In this document: positions 20,233 to 27,756 of the stretch, piece after piece | How positions within the stretch are numbered: the stretch's first letter is position 1 | Layout of the letters: each line of letters begins with the position of its first letter | Source: Methanopyrus kandleri AV19 | GTDB lineage: Archaea; JAADCQ01; Methanopyri; Methanopyrales; Methanopyraceae | NCBI RefSeq assembly: GCF_000007185.1 | Contig: NC_003551.1 | Location: 570,001-602,000, forward strand | Length of the DNA: 32,000 nt | Direction of reading: 5' to 3' | Made by a program: the position numbers and the translations under genes | The notes under the pieces: generated by a model | The model's input: the letters and a program-made list of their open reading frames with translations, nothing else | Told to the model about the DNA's origin: nothing | Database searches by the model: none

Positions 20233-20264
20233 GGTCATCACCCGATCGTGCACCGCTCCGTCCG

Positions 20265-20272
20265 TTTTAAAT
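20265..20272. promoter_or_regulatory. Putative shared TATA box between divergent vhuD-like and aroA
   Basis: TTTTAAAT is the only AT box in the 77-nt divergent spacer. It is flanked by inverted CCCGATCG (20241-20248) and CGATCGGG (20293-20300). Confidence 0.35.
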
Positions 20273-20309
20273 CGGTTACCATCCCGAGGGGTCGATCGGG
20301 GAGATCCAC

Positions 20310-21596
20310 GTGAAGAGGGTCGAGCTGGAGGGTATCCCGGAGGTTCGGGGGACCGTCTGTCCGCCTCCCTCGAAGAGCGGGTCCCACCGGGCCCTGATCG
20401 CCGCCTCGTTATGCGACGGGAGTACCGAGCTCTGGAACGTGCTGGACGCGGAAGACGTGCGCGCGACGCTTCGCCTATGTCGGATGCTGGGGGCGGAGGT
20501 GGACGTCGACGGTGAGGAGCGGCTCGAGGCGACGGTCTCCGGGTTCGGGGATTCCCCGCGTGCGCCCGAGGACGTCGTGGACTGCGGGAACTCGGGGACT
20601 ACGTTAAGGTTGGGGTGCGGGCTGGCCGCCCTCGTCGAGGGCACCACAATCCTGACGGGGGACGACTCCCTCAGGTCCCGTCCCGTCGGGGACCTCCTGG
20701 CGGCGCTCCGCTCCCTGGGTGTGGACGCCCGCGGAAGGGTGGTGCGGGGTGAGGAGTACCCCCCGGTGGTGATCTCGGGGCGCCCGCTCCGGGAACGCGT
20801 CGCGGTGTACGGGGACGTCAGCTCCCAGTTCGTGAGCGCGCTCCTCTTTCTGGGTGCCGGGCTCGGTGCGCTCCGCGTGGACGTGGTGGGGGACCTGCGC
20901 TCTCGCCCCTACGTGGACATGACCGTCGAGACGCTGGAGCGGTTCGGGGTCTCGGTGGTACGGGAGGGTTCCTCGTTCGAGGTGGAGGGACGGCCTCGCT
21001 CACCCGGGAAGTTGCGGGTCGAGAACGATTGGAGTTCCGCGGGGTACTTCGTCGCGCTCGGCGCGATAGGTGGTGAGATGAGAATCGAGGGGGTGGACCT
21101 CGACTCCTCGCACCCGGATCGCAGGATCGTGGAGATCACGCGCGAGATGGGGGCCGAGGTCCGTAGGATCGACGGCGGTATCGTCGTGCGTTCGACGGGT
21201 CGACTGGAGGGGGTCGAGGTGGACCTCTCCGACTCGCCCGACCTGGTCCCGACCGTGGCGGCGATGGCGTGCTTCGCGGAGGGGGTCACGAGGATCGAGA
21301 ACGTGGGTCACCTGCGGTACAAAGAGGTGGACAGGCTTCGGGCGCTCGCGGCGGAGCTACCCAAGTTCGGGGTGGAGGTAAGGGAGGGGAAGGATTGGCT
21401 GGAGATCGTGGGTGGAGAGCCGGTCGGGGCACGGGTCGATTCCCGGGGTGATCATCGGATGGCGATGGCGCTGGCGGTGGTGGGAGCCTTCGCACGGGGT
21501 AAAACGGTCGTCGAGCGCGCGGACGCGGTGTCCATCTCCTACCCGAGGTTCTGGGAGGATCTGGCGTCGGTCGGGGTGCCGGTCCACTCAGTGTAG
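20310..21596 (+). CDS. aroA: 3-phosphoshikimate 1-carboxyvinyltransferase (EPSP synthase)
   Basis: 428 aa, GTG start. PPSKSGSHRALIAASL, CGNSGTTLRL, LRSRP and DHRMAMA motifs. Confidence 0.92.
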   Translation: MKRVELEGIPEVRGTVCPPPSKSGSHRALIAASLCDGSTELWNVLDAEDVRATLRLCRMLGAEVDVDGEERLEATVSGFGDSPRAPEDVVDCGNSGTTLRLGCGLAALVEGTTILTGDDSLRSRPVGDLLAALRSLGVDARGRVVRGEEYPPVVISGRPLRERVAVYGDVSSQFVSALLFLGAGLGALRVDVVGDLRSRPYVDMTVETLERFGVSVVREGSSFEVEGRPRSPGKLRVENDWSSAGYFVALGAIGGEMRIEGVDLDSSHPDRRIVEITREMGAEVRRIDGGIVVRSTGRLEGVEVDLSDSPDLVPTVAAMACFAEGVTRIENVGHLRYKEVDRLRALAAELPKFGVEVREGKDWLEIVGGEPVGARVDSRGDHRMAMALAVVGAFARGKTVVERADAVSISYPRFWEDLASVGVPVHSV

Positions 21597-22031
21597 GTTC
21601 GAGTGTCGGATCTCGAAGGCGCACGCGTTCACCAGCTCGCCGGCGCGGACCGCGCACTTGGCCTCCCTCACCTTATGCGGCTCTCGGCCGAAAGCCGCGA
21701 GAGTCTCGTGGATGAACCCCCTGGTAGCGTCGCACACGGACTCGTAGCCGCGCGGGAAGCCGGCGCACTCCGGACAGGGGGCCGCGACCACAACGTCCTC
21801 GTTCAGGTCGTAGCTGGTCCCCAACACCCTTTCGATGCACGTTAGGAACTCCCGGATCGACAGTACGTGGTACACGCGGAGGAGGGCACGGGCGTACGTC
21901 CTACCAGCCCAGAACAGCGTGGCGGGCGCCTCGAAGTCGAGAGACCTCCGGACGAGGTACCACGTCGCTATCCTGAGTGCGGCGGTCTCTTCGGGCTCGT
22001 ACCTCGTCGCCGCGCGGGCTATCTCCGTCAA
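21588..22031 (-). CDS. V4R-domain protein (distal half of an interrupted tandem-V4R gene)
   Basis: 147 aa from a TTG start. V4R C-terminal signature CPECAGFPRGYESVCDATRGFIHETL...AKCAVRAGELVNACAFEI. The frame is continuous with ORF 22104..22511 across a single TAA. Confidence 0.65.
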   Translation of the reverse strand: MTEIARAATRYEPEETAALRIATWYLVRRSLDFEAPATLFWAGRTYARALLRVYHVLSIREFLTCIERVLGTSYDLNEDVVVAAPCPECAGFPRGYESVCDATRGFIHETLAAFGREPHKVREAKCAVRAGELVNACAFEIRHSNLH

Positions 22032-22103
22032 CGCGTCCTCGTCCAGCCATCTGAGGTCCGGAACGACGAGTTTGGGCTCACGCCTGACGACGAAGGTGCA
22101 GAC

Positions 22104-22511
22104 TTAGTCCCCGGCCGCCCTGCATCGGGTCTCGGCCACGGTGACCGGACGACCGATCTCGAGGCGGTAAGCTTCGGTGATGAACCCCCTGGTCAGGTGA
22201 CACACCGGCCCGTCGATCCCACGGAGTCCCGCGCATTCCGGGCACTTCCGGACCGTGACGGTATCCCCTTCCACCTCGACCTCCGCCCCGAAGACCTCGG
22301 CGAACGCGCACAGGACCGACTCCAGGTCGTCTCCCCCTAGAATCCTGACTAGACGACGTCCCGCCTCGAAGAGGGCGGCGGTCCCGGTCTCCCTGGCGAC
22401 CTCGATGAGAGCGATCCTCGTGAGCCGGTCGTAGGTGAGGAGCTCGTAAGGCGCGAACGCTTCGGCCGTCGCCTCGGCCCCTCGGAGCAGGGTTTCTTCG
22501 GTGAGGTCCAC
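22104..22511 (-). CDS. V4R-domain protein (proximal half), ends inside the V4R motif
   Basis: 135 aa, GTG start with GAGGTG. CPECAGLRGIDGPVCHLTRGFITEAY...ETRCRAAGD then TAA at 22104-22106. The paralog continues ...RCRAAGDDVCEFRI at this point. Confidence 0.65.
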   Translation of the reverse strand: MDLTEETLLRGAEATAEAFAPYELLTYDRLTRIALIEVARETGTAALFEAGRRLVRILGGDDLESVLCAFAEVFGAEVEVEGDTVTVRKCPECAGLRGIDGPVCHLTRGFITEAYRLEIGRPVTVAETRCRAAGD

Positions 22512-22519
22512 CTCGGTTC

Positions 22520-22539
22520 TCCGGAAATCGTGTTCCGGA
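22520..22539. promoter_or_regulatory. Palindrome TCCGGAA-N6-TTCCGGA upstream of V4R gene 1
   Basis: Perfect 7-bp arms, 9-28 nt upstream of the V4R start (22511), in the divergent spacer shared with aroC. A cognate copy sits at the same distance from the paralog. Confidence 0.4.
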
Positions 22540-22608
22540 ATCCTTTACCTGGGTTTCGCCCGCCCCGATTTTTAAGTGACCGACGCGGCGCCGTCGTGGG
22601 GGAGTCCC

Positions 22609-23769
22609 GTGAACACGCTCGGCCGCCTGTTCCGCGTCACGACCTGGGGCGAGTCCCACGGTCCGGCACTGGGCGCGGTCGTGGACGGGTGTCCCGCGGG
22701 ACTACCGCTTTCCGAGGACGATGTGCAGCGTGAGCTGGATCGGAGGCGCCCCGGACAGTCGGGGGTCTCGACACCGCGCTCGGAGCGGGACCGAGTGGAG
22801 ATACTGTCGGGCGTCCACGAGGGACGCACTCTCGGGACTCCGATCAGTATGATCGTGTGGAACGAGGACGTGGATTCTTCGAAGTACGAGCCGATCCGAA
22901 CCCGGCCGCGTCCGGGTCACGCCGACGTCACGTACCGGTGGAAGTACGGGCACGTGGATTACCGGGGCGGTGGGAGGGCCTCGGGTCGCACGACCGTCGG
23001 TATCGTGATGGGTGGCGCGGTGGCCAAGAAGTTGCTCCGTGAGGCGCCCTCGAACGACCCGCTGGGTATCGAGATCGTGGGTCACGTGGTGAGGGTGGGC
23101 TCCGTCGAGGCGGATCCCGGCGACCTGTCCGCGGAGGAGATCATGCAGTACGCCGAGTCGAACCCGGTTAGATGCGCGGATCCTGACGCCGCCGAGGAGA
23201 TGCTCGGGGAGATCGAGCGTGCGCGCGAGAACGGGGACTCCGTCGGCGGGACGATCGAGGTGATCGCGGAGAACGTGCCACCCGGCCTGGGTGACCCGGT
23301 CTTCGGGCGGCTGGACGGGGAGCTAGCGGGGGCGTTGATGAACATCCCCGCGGTGAAGGCGGTGGAGGTGGGGTCCGGTGTTCGATGCTCCGAGATGCAC
23401 GGATCCGAGCACAACGACCCGATCTGGTGGGACGGACATCCCGTCGTGGACGGCGACAACTCGGGGGGAGTACTCGGGGGTATTTCCCACGGCGGTAGAC
23501 TGGTCGTCCGGGTGCACGTGAAACCTACTCCGTCCGTGTCCGTTCCCCAGCGCACCGTCGACCTAGAGTCCGAAGAGGAAGTGGAGATCGAGGTGGAGGG
23601 ACGACACGACCCCTGCATATGCCCGAGGGCTGTACCCGTGGCGGAATCCGTTGTGGCGATCGTGCTGGCCGACGCCGTTCTCAGGGCCGGGTACGTGAAC
23701 CCGGACAGTGTCGAGCTCCCGGCCGCGTCCGTGGAGGATCGATGGAGGACGCTGAAACGACACCTATAG
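22609..23769 (+). CDS. aroC: Chorismate synthase
   Basis: The track ORF starts at 22576. I prefer GTG at 22609, which gives (M)NTLGRLFRVTTWGESHG, the canonical N-terminus. GGGGGAG lies upstream, with ATTTTTAAG at 22568-22576. Motifs include RPGHAD, YRGGGRASGR and GRHDPC. Confidence 0.92.
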   Translation: MNTLGRLFRVTTWGESHGPALGAVVDGCPAGLPLSEDDVQRELDRRRPGQSGVSTPRSERDRVEILSGVHEGRTLGTPISMIVWNEDVDSSKYEPIRTRPRPGHADVTYRWKYGHVDYRGGGRASGRTTVGIVMGGAVAKKLLREAPSNDPLGIEIVGHVVRVGSVEADPGDLSAEEIMQYAESNPVRCADPDAAEEMLGEIERARENGDSVGGTIEVIAENVPPGLGDPVFGRLDGELAGALMNIPAVKAVEVGSGVRCSEMHGSEHNDPIWWDGHPVVDGDNSGGVLGGISHGGRLVVRVHVKPTPSVSVPQRTVDLESEEEVEIEVEGRHDPCICPRAVPVAESVVAIVLADAVLRAGYVNPDSVELPAASVEDRWRTLKRHL

Positions 23770-24666
23770 CCCCCTGAGCTCGAACCGGAACTCGCACCGG
23801 CCGACGAGCTCACCGGTCACGGCCGCACACTCGGTTTCCTCCACGCGTTCGACCTCCTTGCCGAAGGTACCCAGGGTCTCGTGGAGCGCGCCCCTGACGC
23901 CGTGGCATACGGGTTCATGCTCCCTCGGGAACCCGGCGCACTCCGGGCACGGTTCGATCGACATTCGGTTCCCCTCGCCCAGGTGACACTCGGCTCCCGT
24001 GACGTCCTCCACTATCGACAGGAACGACGTCATCTCCAGCGGGTTGTAGAGGCGGAGTAAGGCCCTCGCATACAGCCTTCCCGCCCGGAAAAAGATCGGG
24101 GCGGCGGCGTCCGCGGGGTGGAACTTGAGCGTGTACTCCGACGCGAGTTTGAAGGCCGCCACCTCCTCCGGCTCGCGCTCCGATGCCGCGTGAGCCATCC
24201 TCCGGAGTGCCCTCTCGTCCAGCCCGTCGAGCCGCGGAACCGTCGGCTCCCTGGGTTTCCTCCCGATCCGGAACTCGCAGACGTCATCACCGGCGGCGCG
24301 GCATCGGACCTCCTCTACCGGCGTCCTTTCCCCCGTCTCGAGCTCATGGGCGCCAGCGATCAGGCCTCTCATGAAGTGACAAACCGGCCCGCGGGCTCCC
24401 GGGTAACCGGCGCACTCCGGGTAGTTCCTCACGGTCACCACGTCCTCATCCGCGTCCACCTCGCACCCCGTGAGGTCCGCGAACGTCGTCAGCGTCGACT
24501 CCAGGTCGTCACCGAGCTCCCGCGCCAGCAGGCACCCCGCTTCCCGGTTACTTCCATCAGCGCCAACATGACGAGCCGGTTCGTCACGGCCAGACCGCTG
24601 GGTCGGATCGTCTCCGTGGCCGATTCCGCACCCCGGCATAGCTCCTTCGTCAGCAACTCCGACCAC
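23764..24666 (-). CDS. Tandem V4R-domain protein (two V4R domains), N-terminus frame-disrupted
   Basis: The 300-aa track ORF contains YPECAGYPGARGPVCHFMRGLI...RCRAAGDDVCEFRI and CPECAGFPREHEPVCHGVRGAL...ECAAVTGELVGRCEFRF. Its first ~45 aa are junk-like. The genuine N-terminus (LLTKELCRGAESATETIRPSGLAVTNRLVMLALMEVTG) is in another frame, starting at TTG 24656 and joining at about 24543. Confidence 0.65.
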   Translation of the reverse strand: MVGVADEGAMPGCGIGHGDDPTQRSGRDEPARHVGADGSNREAGCLLARELGDDLESTLTTFADLTGCEVDADEDVVTVRNYPECAGYPGARGPVCHFMRGLIAGAHELETGERTPVEEVRCRAAGDDVCEFRIGRKPREPTVPRLDGLDERALRRMAHAASEREPEEVAAFKLASEYTLKFHPADAAAPIFFRAGRLYARALLRLYNPLEMTSFLSIVEDVTGAECHLGEGNRMSIEPCPECAGFPREHEPVCHGVRGALHETLGTFGKEVERVEETECAAVTGELVGRCEFRFELRGL

Positions 24667-24684
24667 CCGGAAATAGGTTTCCGG
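24667..24684. promoter_or_regulatory. Palindrome CCGGAAA-N4-TTTCCGG upstream of V4R gene 2
   Basis: 7-bp arms, 11-28 nt upstream of the inferred TTG start (24656), in the divergent spacer shared with the aminotransferase gene. Confidence 0.4.
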
Positions 24685-24756
24685 TTAGGATTTAACAGGA
24701 TCGGGCCCGCCGGGAAAGCCCACAGACCTGGGCGCGGTGTGAACGGGGTGTAGATC

Positions 24757-25908
24757 TTGGAGAAGCTCGTCCTGCTACCGGGTCCGGTGATGGTGCACGA
24801 GGACGTCCTCCTCAGATCGGCGAAACAGGTCATGAACCACCGTAGCGAGGAGTTCGAGGAGATACTCACGGAGTGCGTGGAGCTGTCCAAGTACCTGTTT
24901 CAGACGGACGGCAACGTCGCCATCATCACCGGTTCGGGCACCGCGGCCATGGAGGCGGCGATCTACAGCCTCCTCGAGCCCGGTGAGGAGGTCGTCGCGG
25001 TGGTCAACGGGAAGTTCGGCGAGCGGTTCGCGGACATCGCCGAGCGTCGGGGCGCCGAGGTGCGCCGGGTGGAGTTCGAGTGGGGCAAGGTCGCGGACCC
25101 CGAGCGCGTGGAGGAAGCCCTCGCGGACTCGGACGCGGAGGTCGTCACGCTCGTCCACAACGAGACTTCGACGACCGTGCTCAACCCGGCCGAGGAGATC
25201 GCTAGGATCTGCCGTGAGTACGACGCGCTGTTCGTCGTGGACGCGATATCGTCGTTGGGTGGCGTCGAGTTCAGGATGGATGACTGGGGCGTCGACGTCT
25301 GCGTCACCGGTTCGCAGAAGGTCCTGGGCTGTCCGCCGGGTCTCGCACTCGTGGCCGTCAACGACAGGGCCTTGGAGGTCATGGAGGAGAAGGACGCGGG
25401 TAGCTACTACCTGGACATTCCCAAGTACCTCGAATACCTCGAGAAGGATCCGAAGCAGACGCCGTACACGCCCGCCGTGAACGCCTTCTACGCCCTGCAC
25501 GAGGCACTGAAGAGGCTGAAGGAGGAAGGACTCGAGGCCCGCTGGGAGCGCTACCGTCTCATGCAACGGATCGTCCGCGAGGGGATCCGGGCACTCGGGC
25601 TCGAGTTGTTCGTCGAGGACGACGAGATAGCCTCGCCGACCGTGACCGGAGTCACCTACCCCGAGGGCGTGGACGACCGTGAGTTCAGGGGTGAGATCCT
25701 GCGGGACCGCTACGACGTGGTGGTCGCCGGCGGTCAGGACCACCTAGCGGGTGAGATCTTCCGGATCGGACACATGGGTGAGGTCCGGATCCGCGATATG
25801 ATCACGGCGGTGACCTGCATCGGTCTCGGTATGCGCGAGCTCGGCGTCGACGTGGACGTCGGTGCCGCCGCCGAGGCTATGGCCGACGTGCTGTCAGAGG
25901 TATCGTAA
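24757..25908 (+). CDS. Class V pyridoxal-phosphate aminotransferase (serine-glyoxylate/aspartate type)
   Basis: 383 aa, TTG start with GGGGTG 8 nt upstream. LLPGPV N-terminus, GSGTAAMEAA, HNETSTTV, and the TGSQKVLGCPPGL PLP-lysine block. Confidence 0.85.
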   Translation: MEKLVLLPGPVMVHEDVLLRSAKQVMNHRSEEFEEILTECVELSKYLFQTDGNVAIITGSGTAAMEAAIYSLLEPGEEVVAVVNGKFGERFADIAERRGAEVRRVEFEWGKVADPERVEEALADSDAEVVTLVHNETSTTVLNPAEEIARICREYDALFVVDAISSLGGVEFRMDDWGVDVCVTGSQKVLGCPPGLALVAVNDRALEVMEEKDAGSYYLDIPKYLEYLEKDPKQTPYTPAVNAFYALHEALKRLKEEGLEARWERYRLMQRIVREGIRALGLELFVEDDEIASPTVTGVTYPEGVDDREFRGEILRDRYDVVVAGGQDHLAGEIFRIGHMGEVRIRDMITAVTCIGLGMRELGVDVDVGAAAEAMADVLSEVS

Positions 25909-26667
25909 CGGCCACCGCTCGGTGCCGGTGCCCTCCTCCAGCGCCCTCACACCGTCTATCACGTTCCCGTTCAACACGATCGCTACCGAGAATATCACCG
26001 TCCCCGGGAGTACCTCGGCCGGCGCGCCCCGACGTACGGGTCGCGCTCCCGCACCCCTTCCGGCCCCTAAGATGGCCCCGGCCGTCGGCCCCACCTGATC
26101 CAACCGCTCGGTTGTGGCTATCAGGACGGGGTCGTCCGTCTCCGGCCCAACGTAGCCCACGCCCGGGATCTCCATGGGCTCCTGAACGGGTCCCCCGCCG
26201 ACGTCGTAACACAGACCCTCCGCGGCCCTCCGACACACCTCCGCGACCTCGGCCACGCGGTTCTCCGCCGCGTACGTGTCGAACAGCGTCACGACCACGT
26301 CCTGGTACTCGGACTCCGGGCAGGCCGCCTCGGCGTAGGACGGCCCCTCGCCCGCGCCCTCCGGAGACTCCGAAACCCCCATAACGTCCTCGCCACCATA
26401 CTCCCTGAAGAGGTCGAAGACGGCGGCGTTCACGTCCTCCAGTGCCCCCTCTTCGACGACGTACACTACCGCGAGATCGTCCCCGCACACCGGCCCCAGG
26501 ACCACGTACATCAGCTCGTCCCGGAACCCCCGCCGTAGTTCCTTCAGATCGCGCTCCACGCGCCGCAGTAGTCCTCGGGACACGCGCACGTCGTCCTCGG
26601 AAAGGTCTGCGGAGAACGCGACAGCCCGGAGCCCCACGCACAGCACCCCCCGGGGGAGGCGCCTCAT
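25894..26667 (-). CDS. Hypothetical protein, no family recognised
   Basis: 257 aa with acidic, protein-like composition, unlike the R/G-rich overlapping frame 25877..26761. It overlaps the aminotransferase 3' end by 15 nt. Confidence 0.5.
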   Translation of the reverse strand: MRRLPRGVLCVGLRAVAFSADLSEDDVRVSRGLLRRVERDLKELRRGFRDELMYVVLGPVCGDDLAVVYVVEEGALEDVNAAVFDLFREYGGEDVMGVSESPEGAGEGPSYAEAACPESEYQDVVVTLFDTYAAENRVAEVAEVCRRAAEGLCYDVGGGPVQEPMEIPGVGYVGPETDDPVLIATTERLDQVGPTAGAILGAGRGAGARPVRRGAPAEVLPGTVIFSVAIVLNGNVIDGVRALEEGTGTERWPLRYL

Positions 26668-26675
26668 TGGTTACC

Positions 26676-27305
26676 GTGCTCGAGGAGGAGGATCCCCACG
26701 CGGTTAAACACGTCGTCCGCGCCCTCCGTGCGGGGAAACTCGTCGCCATCCCGTGCGACACTGTCTACTCCCTGAGCTGTGACGCTACGAACTCCGAGGC
26801 CGTTCGCCGTCTCTACGCCGCGAAGGAGCGTCCCAAGGATAAGCCCGTCAGCGTCGCCGTCCACTCGCCCGAGAAGGCCCTGGAACTCCTGGAGCCCGTA
26901 CCTAGACTCGAGGCGGCCTTGGAGACGCTGACCCCGGGTCCGGTCACCATCGTCGCCCCCCGAAGACCCGGTGTGGTCGCGCCCGAGGTCGCGGCCGGTA
27001 GGCGCACCCTGGGGGTCAGGATCCCGGATCATCCGTTCTTCCTGCGCGTAGTTCGGAGGTTCGGGAAACCGATCGTCACCACGTCCGCTAACGTCTCCGG
27101 TCGGCCCGCCCCGACCGATCCCGACGAAGTCTTCGAGCAGCTCGGCGACCGCCTGGACATCCTGGTCGAGGGTGAGTGCCGCTTCGGCGAACCGTCCACC
27201 GTGATCGAACTCACGCCCGAAGGTAACATCGACATACTCCGGGAGGGCGCCATGCCGAAGGAGGAAATACTGGAAACACTAAGGGGGACGACCTCAGGTG
27301 CCTGA
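26676..27305 (+). CDS. YrdC/TsaC-family protein (threonylcarbamoyl-AMP synthase-like, short form)
   Basis: The track ORF (from 26442) has an R/P-rich N-terminal extension antisense to a real gene. The YrdC core starts near GTG 26676 or TTG 26667: LVAIPCDTVYSLSCDATNSEAVRRLYAAKERPKDKPVSV...GVRIPDHPF...PIVTTSANVSGRP...STVIEL. Confidence 0.8.
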   Translation: MLEEEDPHAVKHVVRALRAGKLVAIPCDTVYSLSCDATNSEAVRRLYAAKERPKDKPVSVAVHSPEKALELLEPVPRLEAALETLTPGPVTIVAPRRPGVVAPEVAAGRRTLGVRIPDHPFFLRVVRRFGKPIVTTSANVSGRPAPTDPDEVFEQLGDRLDILVEGECRFGEPSTVIELTPEGNIDILREGAMPKEEILETLRGTTSGA

Positions 27306-27756
27306 GAAGGGCCTCAAACCCTTCCTCACCGGCTTCCGCGAGACCGTCCTCGATCTGACCGACGGTGAGGGCGTCCTCGTGTACTCCGGATGCGCCGGCA
27401 CGTGCACGCCGTTCGCGGAACTCCTCGCGTTCACGCTGCGGGGGACCGACCTCGAGCAGTACTACTCGATAGACCTCCGCCGCGAGTACCTGCGGATGGA
27501 GCTGCGCGACCACGGCTACACGGTCACCGACGAGCGCGAGGAGCTCGAGAGCGCGGACGTCGTCGTCCTCCTCGGCGGTCTCGCCATGCCGATATCCGAC
27601 GCCACACCCGACGACGCCCGGGAGTTCCTCGAGGAGCTCGGGAACCCACCCCTCGTCGGCGTATGCTTCATGAACATGTTCGAGCGCGCCGGCTGGACCG
27701 ACGAGCTCGACTTCCACACAATCATCGACGGCTACCTGGAGGTCACGGTCAAGTGA
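27298..27756 (+). CDS. Small conserved archaeal protein (possibly DUF2124-like)
   Basis: 152 aa. The GTG start overlaps the YrdC-like stop by 8 nt, and its stop overlaps the next start (GTGA). The family assignment is from memory only. Confidence 0.55.
   Translation: MPEKGLKPFLTGFRETVLDLTDGEGVLVYSGCAGTCTPFAELLAFTLRGTDLEQYYSIDLRREYLRMELRDHGYTVTDEREELESADVVVLLGGLAMPISDATPDDAREFLEELGNPPLVGVCFMNMFERAGWTDELDFHTIIDGYLEVTVK

Noticed and set aside
24536-24550. Programmed -1 ribosomal frameshift in V4R gene 2
   Set aside because: The junction ACC GGG AAG is not an X XXY YYZ slippery heptamer. The alignment to the paralog indicates about 7 residues are missing, so a deletion-type lesion is more likely than recoding.
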